Positions 1-8,722 of a stretch of DNA of 64,000 nt are shown here, piece by piece. The DNA is taken from the NCBI GenBank assembly GCA_963734495.1, contig CAVTHK010000001.1, positions 320,001 to 384,000 on the forward strand. Reading direction: 5' to 3'. A model generated the notes under the pieces. That model did no database searches, had not been told where the DNA came from, and worked only from the letters and a program-made list of their open reading frames with translations. A program made the translations under genes and the position numbers. This DNA is from an uncultured Spirochaetota bacterium (GTDB taxonomy: Bacteria; Spirochaetota; Spirochaetia; SZUA-6; CAVTHK01). Each line of letters begins with the position of its first letter. Position 1 is the first letter of the stretch.

Positions 1-249
1 CCCGCGCAGAAAAAGACAGCGTTCGCTCATTTCGTGCCGGTGGTTTCCAAACTCCTTCGCGAAATGAGCCAGAGCCTTGTCGTCGTCAGGGAACTCGCCC
101 GCCTGGTGCTCGATCCGCGCCCACGCGGCCTCGTCGCCCGGTGCGTAGAAGCTGACCGCGAAGCCCGCCGGAAGCTCGAGGACGGGCACCCGATCGAGGT
201 CGTCCAGCTCCATGGTCAGGTGAAAATACGGGACCTTCGAGTTGTCCAC
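1..249 (-). CDS. GNAT-family N-acetyltransferase, N-terminal part (runs off window start)
   Basis: Not in ORF track. Manual translation from GTG 249 with GGGAGG SD: MDNSKVPYFHLTMELDDLDRVPVLELPAGFAVSFYAPGDEAAWARIEHQAGEF...ERCLFLRG, a typical GNAT N-terminus; frame open to base 1. Confidence 0.65.
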   Translation of the reverse strand, partial: MDNSKVPYFHLTMELDDLDRVPVLELPAGFAVSFYAPGDEAAWARIEHQAGEFPDDDKALAHFAKEFGNHRHEMSERCLFLRG

Positions 250-417
250 AGCCGCCTCCCCGCTTCGATCGCCGCGGCCCATTCTGCGCGGGCGGGCGCG
301 GGCTGTCGAGGCACCCGGCGGAGCCCACGGCCCGCGCGGTCCGACGCGGCGTCCGGCCTTCTTCTATTATTGGTTGTCCTGGGGCCCATGGCGCGCTAAT
401 ATCGTGCGGTCACGCAG

Positions 418-675
418 ATGCACGACTGCCCCGAACCTGATGCAAGCGGCGAGCTCTTTCTCGGACCGATCGTCGGCGGCGAGGATCGCTACCTCCTCAA
501 GTCGAGCAAGCCCGCGGTCTTTCTCGAGAGCAGCGGCCACGAGTTCTGGCAGCTCGACCGCGACGCGCGGGTGATGGCCTGCTGGCGGCCGCGGTACGAC
601 TGCGATTGCGAATACGGGCTGAGAACCGAGTACGAGCTGCGCGACTCCCGGCTGGCGAGGGGGTTGCAGGCATGA
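418..675 (+). CDS. small hypothetical protein (85 aa)
   Basis: Protein-like composition; its TGA overlaps the ATG of the next gene (ATGA 672-675). Confidence 0.5.
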   Translation: MHDCPEPDASGELFLGPIVGGEDRYLLKSSKPAVFLESSGHEFWQLDRDARVMACWRPRYDCDCEYGLRTEYELRDSRLARGLQA

Positions 676-1832
676 GATGGGATCTGCTGCTGCGCAACGC
701 CGACGTTCTCGACCCAGGCCCGGGGCTGCGAGGCAGGCGCGACATCGCGGTGGCGGGAGGAGCGATCGCCGCCGTCGAGCCGTCGCTCGAGCCGCGGGAG
801 CTCGAGCCGGTTCCCACCATGGATCTCGGGGGTCGGCTCGCGGTGCCCGGGCTCATCGACGTGCACGCGCACCTGTTCGCGGGCGTCTCGCACTACGGCG
901 TCGAGCCGGACCGCTGCTGCCTGCCGAGGGGGGTCACGACGGCGATCGACGCGGGCTCCGCGGGCGCGCAGACTTTTCCTGCGTTCCGCGAAATCGCGAG
1001 CCGGAGCGCGACCAGGGTCAAGGCGCTCCTGAACCTGTCCTCGCAGGGCATGCTGATCGACGGCGCGGGAGAGCTCGAGGACATGCGGTACGTCGAGCCG
1101 GACCGGATCGTGCAGGTTTGCAGGGAGAATCCGGATCTGATCGTGGGTCTCAAGGTGAGGCTGACCCCCAAGTATGTCGGCGGCAACGCGGCCGCCGCCC
1201 TCGCCGCGGTGATCAGAGCGGCCGCGGAGACGGGCCTGCCCGTCATGGTGCATCCCAATGAGTCGGTGGTCCCGCTCGCGGAAATACTCGCCACCCTGCG
1301 GCCGGGCGACGTGCTCACCCACTGCTATCACGGCCGCGGCAACGGCATTCTCGACGCGCGGCGCATCCTGCTGCCCGCGGTCCGCGACGCGCGCGAGCGC
1401 GGCGTGCTCTTCGACGTCGGCCACGGCATGGGCAGCTTCAGCTTCGCCGTGGCCCGCGCCGCCCTGGAGCAGGGCTTCGCGCCGGACACGATCAGCACCG
1501 ACGTTCATACCTACAGCATTCGCTCGCCCGCGGTCGACCTGGCCACGACGATGACCAAGTTCCTGCACCTGGGCATGCCTCTGGAAGAGTGCGTCCGACG
1601 GGTCACGGCAGCGCCGGCGTCGGCATTCCGTCTCGGCCATGGGATCGGCAGCCTCGCGGCCGGCTGCCCGGCCGACATCACGGTGCTGGAGATCGCGCGG
1701 CGGCCCGCGGTCCTTCGGGATTGCGAGAACGTCGAAGAGCGGACCGAGGAGGTGATCGTCCCCATCCTCTGCCTCAGGGCCGGAGAGCTCGTCGCGCTCG
1801 ACGCCCCGGACGACAAGGCTTCGCTCCCGTGA
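672..1832 (+). CDS. amidohydrolase/deacetylase family metallohydrolase (dihydroorotase-like)
   Basis: PGLIDVHAH metal motif, GVTTAIDAGSAG, THCYHG, FDVGHG, TISTD; start moved to ATG 672. Confidence 0.9.
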   Translation: MRWDLLLRNADVLDPGPGLRGRRDIAVAGGAIAAVEPSLEPRELEPVPTMDLGGRLAVPGLIDVHAHLFAGVSHYGVEPDRCCLPRGVTTAIDAGSAGAQTFPAFREIASRSATRVKALLNLSSQGMLIDGAGELEDMRYVEPDRIVQVCRENPDLIVGLKVRLTPKYVGGNAAAALAAVIRAAAETGLPVMVHPNESVVPLAEILATLRPGDVLTHCYHGRGNGILDARRILLPAVRDARERGVLFDVGHGMGSFSFAVARAALEQGFAPDTISTDVHTYSIRSPAVDLATTMTKFLHLGMPLEECVRRVTAAPASAFRLGHGIGSLAAGCPADITVLEIARRPAVLRDCENVEERTEEVIVPILCLRAGELVALDAPDDKASLP

Positions 1833-2884
1833 ACGAAGCGCCGAGGCCGCAGGGGCGGATGGGCGAAGAACGGGACCTGCCCGGGCTGCCGCCCGACGCC
1901 GTCGGGTCCGCGGCCCGTCCGAGCACGGTCCTGATCGCGCTCGCGGGAATCGCGCTCATCGCCCTGATCGGCATCCTCGACTACCTCACAGGCTACGAGA
2001 TGGCCTTCTCGCTCTTCTACCTGCTCCCGATCGCGTTCGTCACGTGGTTCGCGCAAAGGGAGACAGGGCTCTCGGCCTCCGTGCTCGCCGCCGCAGTCTG
2101 GACCGTCGCCGACGCGGGCGCGGGCCACACCTATTCGAAGCCCTTCATCCTCTACTGGAACGCCGTTCTGCGCCTGGGATTCTTCGTGACGGTGGCGCTG
2201 CTCATCGCCGCTCTTCGGGAGTCGCTCGCGCACGAACGCCAGCTCTCGCGCCTGGATTTCCTCACGGGCGCAGCCAACGGCCGCTATTTCATCGAGCTCA
2301 TGCGGGCGGAAGTCGAGCGCGCGGGCAGGTACGGGCGCCCCTTCACGCTGGTGTACTTCGACGTGGACAATTTCAAGCAGGTGAACGACCGGTTCGGCCA
2401 CAATGCCGGCGACGCCGTTCTCCGCGCCGTGGCGGCCGCGGCCAGGGCCCGCCTGCGCGCTTCGGACACGGTCGCCCGCCTCGGCGGCGATGAGTTCGCC
2501 GTGCTCCTCCCCGAGACGGACGCGGATGCGGCGCGGGCAGCGGTGACCAACATGCATGCGACGCTCAGCGAGCGCGTGAGCGGCGAGGGATGGCCGGTGA
2601 CCTTCTCCATCGGCGCGCTGACCTGCACGGGCGCGGGCTTCGCGCCCGACGCGCTGCTCAAGGCCGCGGACGAGCTGATGTACCGGGTCAAGAAGGCCGG
2701 CAAAGACGACGTGAGGTTCGAGGCGATCGAAGGCCCCATCACGGCGCGCCGCGCCCACGCGGCTCCCGCTTCTCCGCCTGCGCCTCCCGCTGCTTCCCCG
2801 CCTCCCGCTGCTTCCCCGCCTCCTGCTGCTTCTGCGCCTCCCGCTACTTCCGCGCCTCCCGCACCGCGCGGCCGAAGGCCTTGA
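1829..2884 (+). CDS. membrane-anchored diguanylate cyclase (GGDEF)
   Basis: About 4 N-terminal TM helices, DFLTGAAN, DVDNFKQVNDRFGH, ARLGGDEF; GTG overlaps upstream stop (ATG 1859 is an alternative). Confidence 0.9.
   Translation: MNEAPRPQGRMGEERDLPGLPPDAVGSAARPSTVLIALAGIALIALIGILDYLTGYEMAFSLFYLLPIAFVTWFAQRETGLSASVLAAAVWTVADAGAGHTYSKPFILYWNAVLRLGFFVTVALLIAALRESLAHERQLSRLDFLTGAANGRYFIELMRAEVERAGRYGRPFTLVYFDVDNFKQVNDRFGHNAGDAVLRAVAAAARARLRASDTVARLGGDEFAVLLPETDADAARAAVTNMHATLSERVSGEGWPVTFSIGALTCTGAGFAPDALLKAADELMYRVKKAGKDDVRFEAIEGPITARRAHAAPASPPAPPAASPPPAASPPPAASAPPATSAPPAPRGRRP
2783..2860 (+). repeat. 18-bp tandem repeat (CCTCCCGCTGCTTCCCCG, 4 copies plus partial) encoding PPAASP
   Basis: Units at 2783, 2801, 2819, 2837, with drift in later copies. 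Confidence 0.85.
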
Positions 2885-4247
2885 GGTTCGCCACGCGCAT
2901 CTCGCCATACTCGCGCGAGGCCATCACGCCCTGGGCACCGGCTTCGATCGCGCGGGCCGTCGCCTCGTAGACTTTTTCGGGCGGCGACGGGAAGTGATGT
3001 CCCTCCCATGGCACGTCGAAGCCGATGCCGGGGTAGATGGCGCACCGGCCGCCGACGTCCGCGAGCAGCCGCTTCGTCTCGCGGTACACGTAATCCGCCG
3101 TGAACCCCTTGGTATCCATCTCATCGAGCTTCGGCTCGACCGCCGGGTCGTATCCGCGAACCGCGTAGAAGATGCCGAGCATCTGCTCCAGCGACAGCTC
3201 GTTTGCCAGCGTGCGGTTGAGGCGGCCCAGGTGCCAGTGCCGCACGCGCGGCCCCGTGATGTCGTGGTAGAGGATGGGCTTGATGAAGTCGTTGTACGAG
3301 GTCATCTCGCCGTAGTCCATGTTGGCGCGCCAGATCGGATCGTAGGTCGACTGCTGGTGATCGACGTGCGAGCCGAACTGCATCTTCGGCTTGAGCTGCT
3401 TGACCAGGCCGTACAGCAGGCGCACCACCTCTTCCTTGGCTTCGTACTGCAGGCGCTCCCAGGCGAGCACTTCGGGCCAGCGCATGATCGTGCGCAGGAA
3501 GCTCACGACGACGCCGTCTGCGGGACGGGGGGCGCCGGCCTCGAACGCCCGCGCCATGGTGTCGAGCTCGATCAGGCCCGCGCGGGCGCGCTCCGCGTCG
3601 ATGCCCTTGTCGCGGGCCCTGGCGAGGCAGTGAGGGCAGAAGCAGGTGGGCGCCCTGCCCCGCAGCAGCACGTTCGAAAGCGGTCCGACGCGCTCCGAGC
3701 CGAACTGCAGGCCGTCGAGGTCGTAGCTCTTGACGATGTCCTCGATGTTCGAAAGCCAGAAGGCGCGGTAGTCGGGGTTCGCCCAGCAGCAGAACTCGGC
3801 GATGCGGCCCCATGCGTCGACCGTGAGGACGCGGGGAAAGTTGTCGACAAAGGGCGCGATCTTCGGGCCCCAGGCCTCCAGCACGCGCGTGTACAGGCGG
3901 ATGCCGCGCCTGGTGCACGGCTCGCGGAGCTCGGCGAAGAGGTCGTGATCGGCGTAGTCGCGGCCCGTCTCGTCGGGCAGTTGCAGGAGGCTCCCGCGGT
4001 AGTACCGGGCATGCGGCTTGGCCCAGAGGCGCGCAAGCGGCCGCGTGCGCTCGTCGCGCTGCGCGATGCCGTGGTCCGGGGCGAGGGCGTCCGGGTGCCG
4101 GTCGCCGGTGTTGTAGTAGGTCTGGCTGTAGACCAGGATCGCGTTGATCGCTGCCGTCTCCTGCATCAGGTCGAGGGCGCGGTCGATGCCTTCGTCCATC
4201 AGGCTGTGAGGGCCCGCCTGGATGCCGACGAACAGGTCACTACTCAT
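2844..4247 (-). CDS. hypothetical protein, possible glycoside-hydrolase-like TIM barrel
   Basis: 467 aa, GGAGG SD, CWANPDYR...YDLDGLQF and CFCPHC motifs reminiscent of GHL/DUF187-like proteins. Confidence 0.6.
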   Translation of the reverse strand: MSSDLFVGIQAGPHSLMDEGIDRALDLMQETAAINAILVYSQTYYNTGDRHPDALAPDHGIAQRDERTRPLARLWAKPHARYYRGSLLQLPDETGRDYADHDLFAELREPCTRRGIRLYTRVLEAWGPKIAPFVDNFPRVLTVDAWGRIAEFCCWANPDYRAFWLSNIEDIVKSYDLDGLQFGSERVGPLSNVLLRGRAPTCFCPHCLARARDKGIDAERARAGLIELDTMARAFEAGAPRPADGVVVSFLRTIMRWPEVLAWERLQYEAKEEVVRLLYGLVKQLKPKMQFGSHVDHQQSTYDPIWRANMDYGEMTSYNDFIKPILYHDITGPRVRHWHLGRLNRTLANELSLEQMLGIFYAVRGYDPAVEPKLDEMDTKGFTADYVYRETKRLLADVGGRCAIYPGIGFDVPWEGHHFPSPPEKVYEATARAIEAGAQGVMASREYGEMRVANLKAFGRAVREARK

Positions 4248-4404
4248 GCTTCCTCCCGCGCGACCCCCACGGCGCCGCGTCTGCTCAGGCTAACCCGGGC
4301 GGCAGCAGTGCGTACAGGGAGCCAGCGACGCGTGTCGATCGGAGGCGCAGGGGCGCGGAGGTATCGCTGGAAGCACGCCCGCCGCCGGCTATAATGAAGG
4401 GCGC

Positions 4405-5142
4405 ATGAGTGATCGCGCGGACGACTGGCTGAGACAGGCTGAGAATGACCTGCTTTGGGCCGAAGACACGCTGCGCGCCGGACGATACGCGCAGGCATGC
4501 TTCGCGGCCCAGCAGGCCGCGGAGAAAGCCCTGAAGGCCGTCGCCCTTCGAAAGGGTGCCGATCAGGTTCGCAGCCATTCGATTCTCGAGATCGCACGGG
4601 CACTGCAGGTCGACGGCGAAGTGGAAAACGCGGCCAAGCGGCTCGATCTCTACTACATCAGCGCGCGTTACCCGGACGCGTTTCCCGCGGGAGCACCATT
4701 CGAGTTCTTCACCGAAGACCAGGCCCGCGAAGCGATCGGTCTGGCCCGCCTCATCGTGGAGGGTCGCGCGGCAGGAACGGGGGCGATCGAGGCGAGCCGC
4801 GATGTCCTCGTCGGCCCGCGACGGGATCCGCTGTTCGGTTTCTCGACCTCCCGGCTGCTCGAGTGGCTCAGGTCTGCTCTCGCCCGCCGCGTCCGCGAGG
4901 CCTATCTGTTCGGAAGCTTCGGTACCCGCGAGTTCGGCCCGCACAGCGACATCGATGTGATGCTCGTCGTTGACACCGACCTGCCCTTTGTGGAGAGGGC
5001 GGCGGTGTTCGATGACCTCCGCGCGCGGGTGCCTTCGCTAGAGATTCTGGTCTATACGCCGGAGGAGTTCGAGCGCTTAACGACCGAGCCTACCGCCGGC
5101 TTCTGGCGATCCGTCGTGCCCGCGATGCGACGGATCGCGTAA
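4405..5142 (+). CDS. HEPN domain - minimal nucleotidyltransferase (MNT) fusion
   Basis: N-half WLRQAENDL...ACFAAQQAAEKALKA...SH...YISARYPD (HEPN); C-half YLFGS...HSDIDV...EILVYTPEEF (MNT); no internal stop. Confidence 0.85.
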   Translation: MSDRADDWLRQAENDLLWAEDTLRAGRYAQACFAAQQAAEKALKAVALRKGADQVRSHSILEIARALQVDGEVENAAKRLDLYYISARYPDAFPAGAPFEFFTEDQAREAIGLARLIVEGRAAGTGAIEASRDVLVGPRRDPLFGFSTSRLLEWLRSALARRVREAYLFGSFGTREFGPHSDIDVMLVVDTDLPFVERAAVFDDLRARVPSLEILVYTPEEFERLTTEPTAGFWRSVVPAMRRIA

Positions 5143-5202
5143 GGCTCGATTCGGCTGGCGGCGGGCGCGCGGGGGTGCGCGGCACCCCGGCCGCGGCGCC
5201 CG

Positions 5203-6123
5203 TCAGCGCCGCTGCGCAAGCGTCGTCGCGACGGACCCCGCGACCACGAGCATGGCGCCGATCAGGCTGAGCGCGTTCAGCCGCTCGAACGCCACGACGC
5301 CGGGCAGCGCGGACGAGGCGAGGCGGGCGGCGGCGACGGTGAGCAGAGGCGACAGGGCGATCACGGCGCCGATCCGCGACGCCTCGAGATGGTTCATCGC
5401 CGCGCCGAAGGTCAGATACGAAGCGAGCGTCATGAACGCGACCACGATCAGGAGCGCCAGCCCGTGGGCCGGGAGGGTGAGCACGAGCGAGGGCCTGGCC
5501 GCGGGAAGCAGGAGCCCGGCGCCCGCGAGGTACGTCACCAGCAGGATCGTTTCGGGCGCCATCACGGTGAGGAGCTGCTTCTGCGCGAGCATGTAGCCCG
5601 ACCACAGGACGGCGGAAGCAGTCACGAGCAGCACGCCGGACGAGTAGGCGCTCGCCTGCGCGGCGAGGTCGGCCCAGCGCAGGTTGAAGAAGAGCAGCAT
5701 GCCCGCAATGAGCGCCGCGAACCCGAGGGCCTGCAGACGGCCAAAGCGCTCCCGGTAGATCGCAACGCCGCCTATCAGCACGAACACGGGTGCGAGCTGG
5801 ACGATGATCTGCGCCGTGTCGGGCGACACGAAGCGCAATCCCGACTGGTAGAGGATGTAGTTCCCCGTCAGCCCGACGACGCACGCGAGCATGAGCAGCG
5901 GCCTCGCCCGAACGGCGCGCAGCGCCGACGCGCCGTGCCGCCGCAGCACCACCGGCGCGATCAGGATGCCGGCGGCCAGGAAGCGGCTCCAGGAGAGGGT
6001 GTACGCGTCCAGCCACCCCACCAGGACTTTGAGCGCGACCGGCATCGTTCCCCAGACGAGCGCGGTAAAGAGGGCCAGAGTCAGTCCGAGCGCGGTCCTG
6101 CCCGTCGTCCTGTGTAGATCCAC
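5203..6123 (-). CDS. EamA/DMT family transporter
   Basis: About 10 TM helices, ALVWGTMPVALK, QLAPVFV; GTG 6123 with GGAG SD. Confidence 0.88.
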   Translation of the reverse strand: MDLHRTTGRTALGLTLALFTALVWGTMPVALKVLVGWLDAYTLSWSRFLAAGILIAPVVLRRHGASALRAVRARPLLMLACVVGLTGNYILYQSGLRFVSPDTAQIIVQLAPVFVLIGGVAIYRERFGRLQALGFAALIAGMLLFFNLRWADLAAQASAYSSGVLLVTASAVLWSGYMLAQKQLLTVMAPETILLVTYLAGAGLLLPAARPSLVLTLPAHGLALLIVVAFMTLASYLTFGAAMNHLEASRIGAVIALSPLLTVAAARLASSALPGVVAFERLNALSLIGAMLVVAGSVATTLAQRR

Positions 6124-6225
6124 GCGGTCTCCGTATATTCGAGCTGCGGCGCCGGCCGCTTGCCCGAGGGGCGCGGCGCGGGTGAGTATCGCTGCAAACG
6201 CGGCCGGGAGGCAAGGAGGACAGGC

Positions 6226-7032
6226 ATGACCATCGACATCAGGAACAAGGTGGCTGTCGTGACGGGGGCGGGACGCGGGATCGGGCTCGAGATCGCATCG
6301 ACCCTCGCGCGCGAAGGAGCCAGGACCGTGGCGGTCGACCTCGGCCGGGAGGACCTCGACGCGTTTTCCAGCAAGCTCGCGGCGGAGTCGCTCGAGGGCC
6401 GCGCGCTCAAGTGCGACGTGCGGGACGCTTCGCAGGTCCAGGCGGTGATGGACGAGGTGGTCCGAGCCTACGGCAGGATCGACATCCTCGTGAACAACGC
6501 GGGCGTGGCGATGCAGGCGGCGGTCGACGAGCTGTCCGAAGAGGTATGGGACCGCAATCTCGACGTGAACCTCAAGGGAACGTTCCTCATGAGCCGCGCG
6601 GCGATTCCCGTGATGAAGAAGCAGAAATCGGGGCGCATCATCAACGCCGCATCGTTCGCGGCGATCGTTCCCCGGTGCTTCACCGCCGCGTACGCCGCAT
6701 CGAAAGCGGGGGTCGTTTACCTCACCCGCGTGCTGGCCGGCGAGCTCGGGCCGTGGAACATCACGGTCAACTGCTACGCGCCGGGCATGATCCCGACTGC
6801 CATGAACCACTTTGACGAGCAGCCGCCGGAGACCCAGGCCCGGCTGCTGGACACGCTGACTCTGCGGCGCTGGGGCGCGAAGAGCGACGTGGCCAACCTC
6901 GTGTGCTTTCTCGCCTCGGACCTCGCGGGCTACATCACGGGCACCCTGATCGACGTCAGCGGGGGCAAGCTCGCGACTCAGGAGCCGCGGATCGCTTACG
7001 AGCGGGCGGAAGCGGAGAGGAGCCGGAGATGA
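6226..7032 (+). CDS. SDR family NAD(P)-dependent oxidoreductase
   Basis: TGAGRGIG, NNAG, YAASK; AGGAGG SD. Confidence 0.93.
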   Translation: MTIDIRNKVAVVTGAGRGIGLEIASTLAREGARTVAVDLGREDLDAFSSKLAAESLEGRALKCDVRDASQVQAVMDEVVRAYGRIDILVNNAGVAMQAAVDELSEEVWDRNLDVNLKGTFLMSRAAIPVMKKQKSGRIINAASFAAIVPRCFTAAYAASKAGVVYLTRVLAGELGPWNITVNCYAPGMIPTAMNHFDEQPPETQARLLDTLTLRRWGAKSDVANLVCFLASDLAGYITGTLIDVSGGKLATQEPRIAYERAEAERSRR

Positions 7033-7832
7033 GGTTGAAGGGGAAGGTCGCCGTCGTGACCGGGTCGACCGCCGGCATCGGGCGCGCGACCGTGGAGCTC
7101 TTCGCCGAAGAGGGCGCAAGCGTCGTCGTGAGCGGCCGCCGCGCGGAGGCGGGCGAGAACGTGGTGCAGGGCATCCGTGCCCGGGGCGGGACCGCGAGCT
7201 TCTTCGCCGCCGACGTGACGCGGGCGGCCGATCTGCGCGGCCTCATCGGCTTCGCGGTGGCGACCTACGGCCGGCTCGACATCCTGATGAACAACGCCTG
7301 GTCCGGCAGGACCGCGTCCGTCACCGACCTCGACGAAGCCGAGTGGGACTTTGCCTTCGCGGTCAGCGTCAAGGCGGCCGCCCTCGCGAGCAAGTACGCC
7401 GTCCCCGAGATGATCAAGACCGGCGGCGGCTCGATCATCCACGTCGCGAGCGTGCACGGAGTCCGCGCGGCGAGGGACAACGCCTCGTACAACGCCGTCA
7501 AGGCCGCGCTCATCAATCTCGCGCGCGCGATGGCCATGGACTACGGGAAGCACAACATCCGGGTCAACGCGTTGTGCCCCGGCCGCATCGTCACGGAGGC
7601 CAAGGTCAGGTTCCTCGAGGCCCACCCCGAGCAGGTCGTGCTGCAGGAGCTGGTCTACCCGCTCGGGCGCGCCGGGACCATGCGCGAGGCCGCGACCGCG
7701 GCCCTCTTCCTGGCAAGCGACGACTCCTCCTTCGTCACCGGCCACGCGCTGATGGTCGACGGCGGCCTGACCGCGCAGCTCCCTGACTCAGTCGCTGCCC
7801 ACGTCGAGGCCGCCCTGCGCGCGCGCCGCTGA
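7029..7832 (+). CDS. SDR family oxidoreductase
   Basis: TGSTAGIG, NNAW, YNAVK, VDGG; ATGA overlap with upstream SDR. Confidence 0.93.
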   Translation: MRLKGKVAVVTGSTAGIGRATVELFAEEGASVVVSGRRAEAGENVVQGIRARGGTASFFAADVTRAADLRGLIGFAVATYGRLDILMNNAWSGRTASVTDLDEAEWDFAFAVSVKAAALASKYAVPEMIKTGGGSIIHVASVHGVRAARDNASYNAVKAALINLARAMAMDYGKHNIRVNALCPGRIVTEAKVRFLEAHPEQVVLQELVYPLGRAGTMREAATAALFLASDDSSFVTGHALMVDGGLTAQLPDSVAAHVEAALRARR

Positions 7833-7895
7833 CGGCCGGCGGCGACCGCGCGAACCCGCCCCGCCAGCCGGGAGCGGGCGGACGCGACCGGGCGT

Positions 7896-7944
7896 TTGAC
7901 TTCATTTTGATACTATGTTATGAGTATCATAGTATCAAATGAAG
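7896..7944 (+). promoter_or_regulatory. sigma70-like promoter within a long inverted repeat (likely PadR operator)
   Basis: CTTCATTTTGATACTATG (7900-7917) / CATAGTATCAAATGAAG (7928-7944); TTGATA-N17-TAGTAT. Confidence 0.7.
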
Positions 7945-7968
7945 GGCACTCCGCCCGGGAGGTTCGCC

Positions 7969-8529
7969 ATGTCCATCAAGTTTGCCATGCTCGGGTTCCT
8001 GAGCTGGAAGCCGTTCAGCGGCTACGATCTCAAGAAGATGCTTTCGGACTCGCTCGCCTTCTACTGGACGGGAAACAACGCGCAGATCTACCGGACGCTG
8101 CTGCAGCTCGAGCGCGACGGGCTCGTCACCAGGGAGGTGCAGGTCCAGGAGAAGTACCCGCCGCGCAAGGTCTACACGATCACGGCGCAGGGCACGGCCG
8201 CGTTGCGCGAGTGGACGGCGTCGGCCCCCGAGCTGCCCGAGGTGCGCAGCACGTTCCTGGTGCAGCTCGCGTGGGCCGACTCGCTCGCCGCCGGGGAGCT
8301 GGACGCGCTGCTCGCGCGCTACGAGCACGAGGTCGAGATGCAGCTGCTCATGCGGCAGGAGATGCGCAGGCGCGGCACCCTGAGCCCGGCCCGCACGCCG
8401 CGCGAGACCTTTCTCTGGCGGATGATCGAAGAGAACGGCATCGGCTCGTTCGAGTGCGAGCTGGCCTGGGTGCGCAGAGTCCGACGCGAGATGCCCGTTG
8501 CGGGCGCCGCGCGAAAGCGGGCGAAGTGA
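7969..8529 (+). CDS. PadR family transcriptional regulator
   Basis: LGFLSWKPFSGYDLKK...QIYRTLLQLE...RKVYTITAQG; GGGAGG SD. Confidence 0.92.
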   Translation: MSIKFAMLGFLSWKPFSGYDLKKMLSDSLAFYWTGNNAQIYRTLLQLERDGLVTREVQVQEKYPPRKVYTITAQGTAALREWTASAPELPEVRSTFLVQLAWADSLAAGELDALLARYEHEVEMQLLMRQEMRRRGTLSPARTPRETFLWRMIEENGIGSFECELAWVRRVRREMPVAGAARKRAK

Positions 8530-8535
8530 TGGAAC

Positions 8536-8560
8536 GGGCCGGCTCCGGCCGGCCCCTTTT
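8536..8560 (+). terminator. putative intrinsic terminator
   Basis: GGGCCGGC-TCCG-GCCGGCCC followed by CTTTT just after the padR stop. Confidence 0.6.
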
Positions 8561-8722
8561 CCTCGCATGAAGTTGTCGGCGGACCCTCAAAGAACTAAGA
8601 TTGACATTGGCGCAAAAGGTCCTCCGATCGCCGCGGGTCGCGGCGGAGGTGCGCCTATCGTTGCCGGTCTACGGGTCGTCAGGGAGGGGACGTTCCGGCA
8701 GCCCGGCCCGCCGGGGGTCTGA

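Noticed and set aside
8660-8715. c-di-GMP-I riboswitch resemblance (GGTCTAC...GGCAGCCCGG)
   Set aside because: The GGCAAAC...GAAA...GACGCAAA 5' core is absent.
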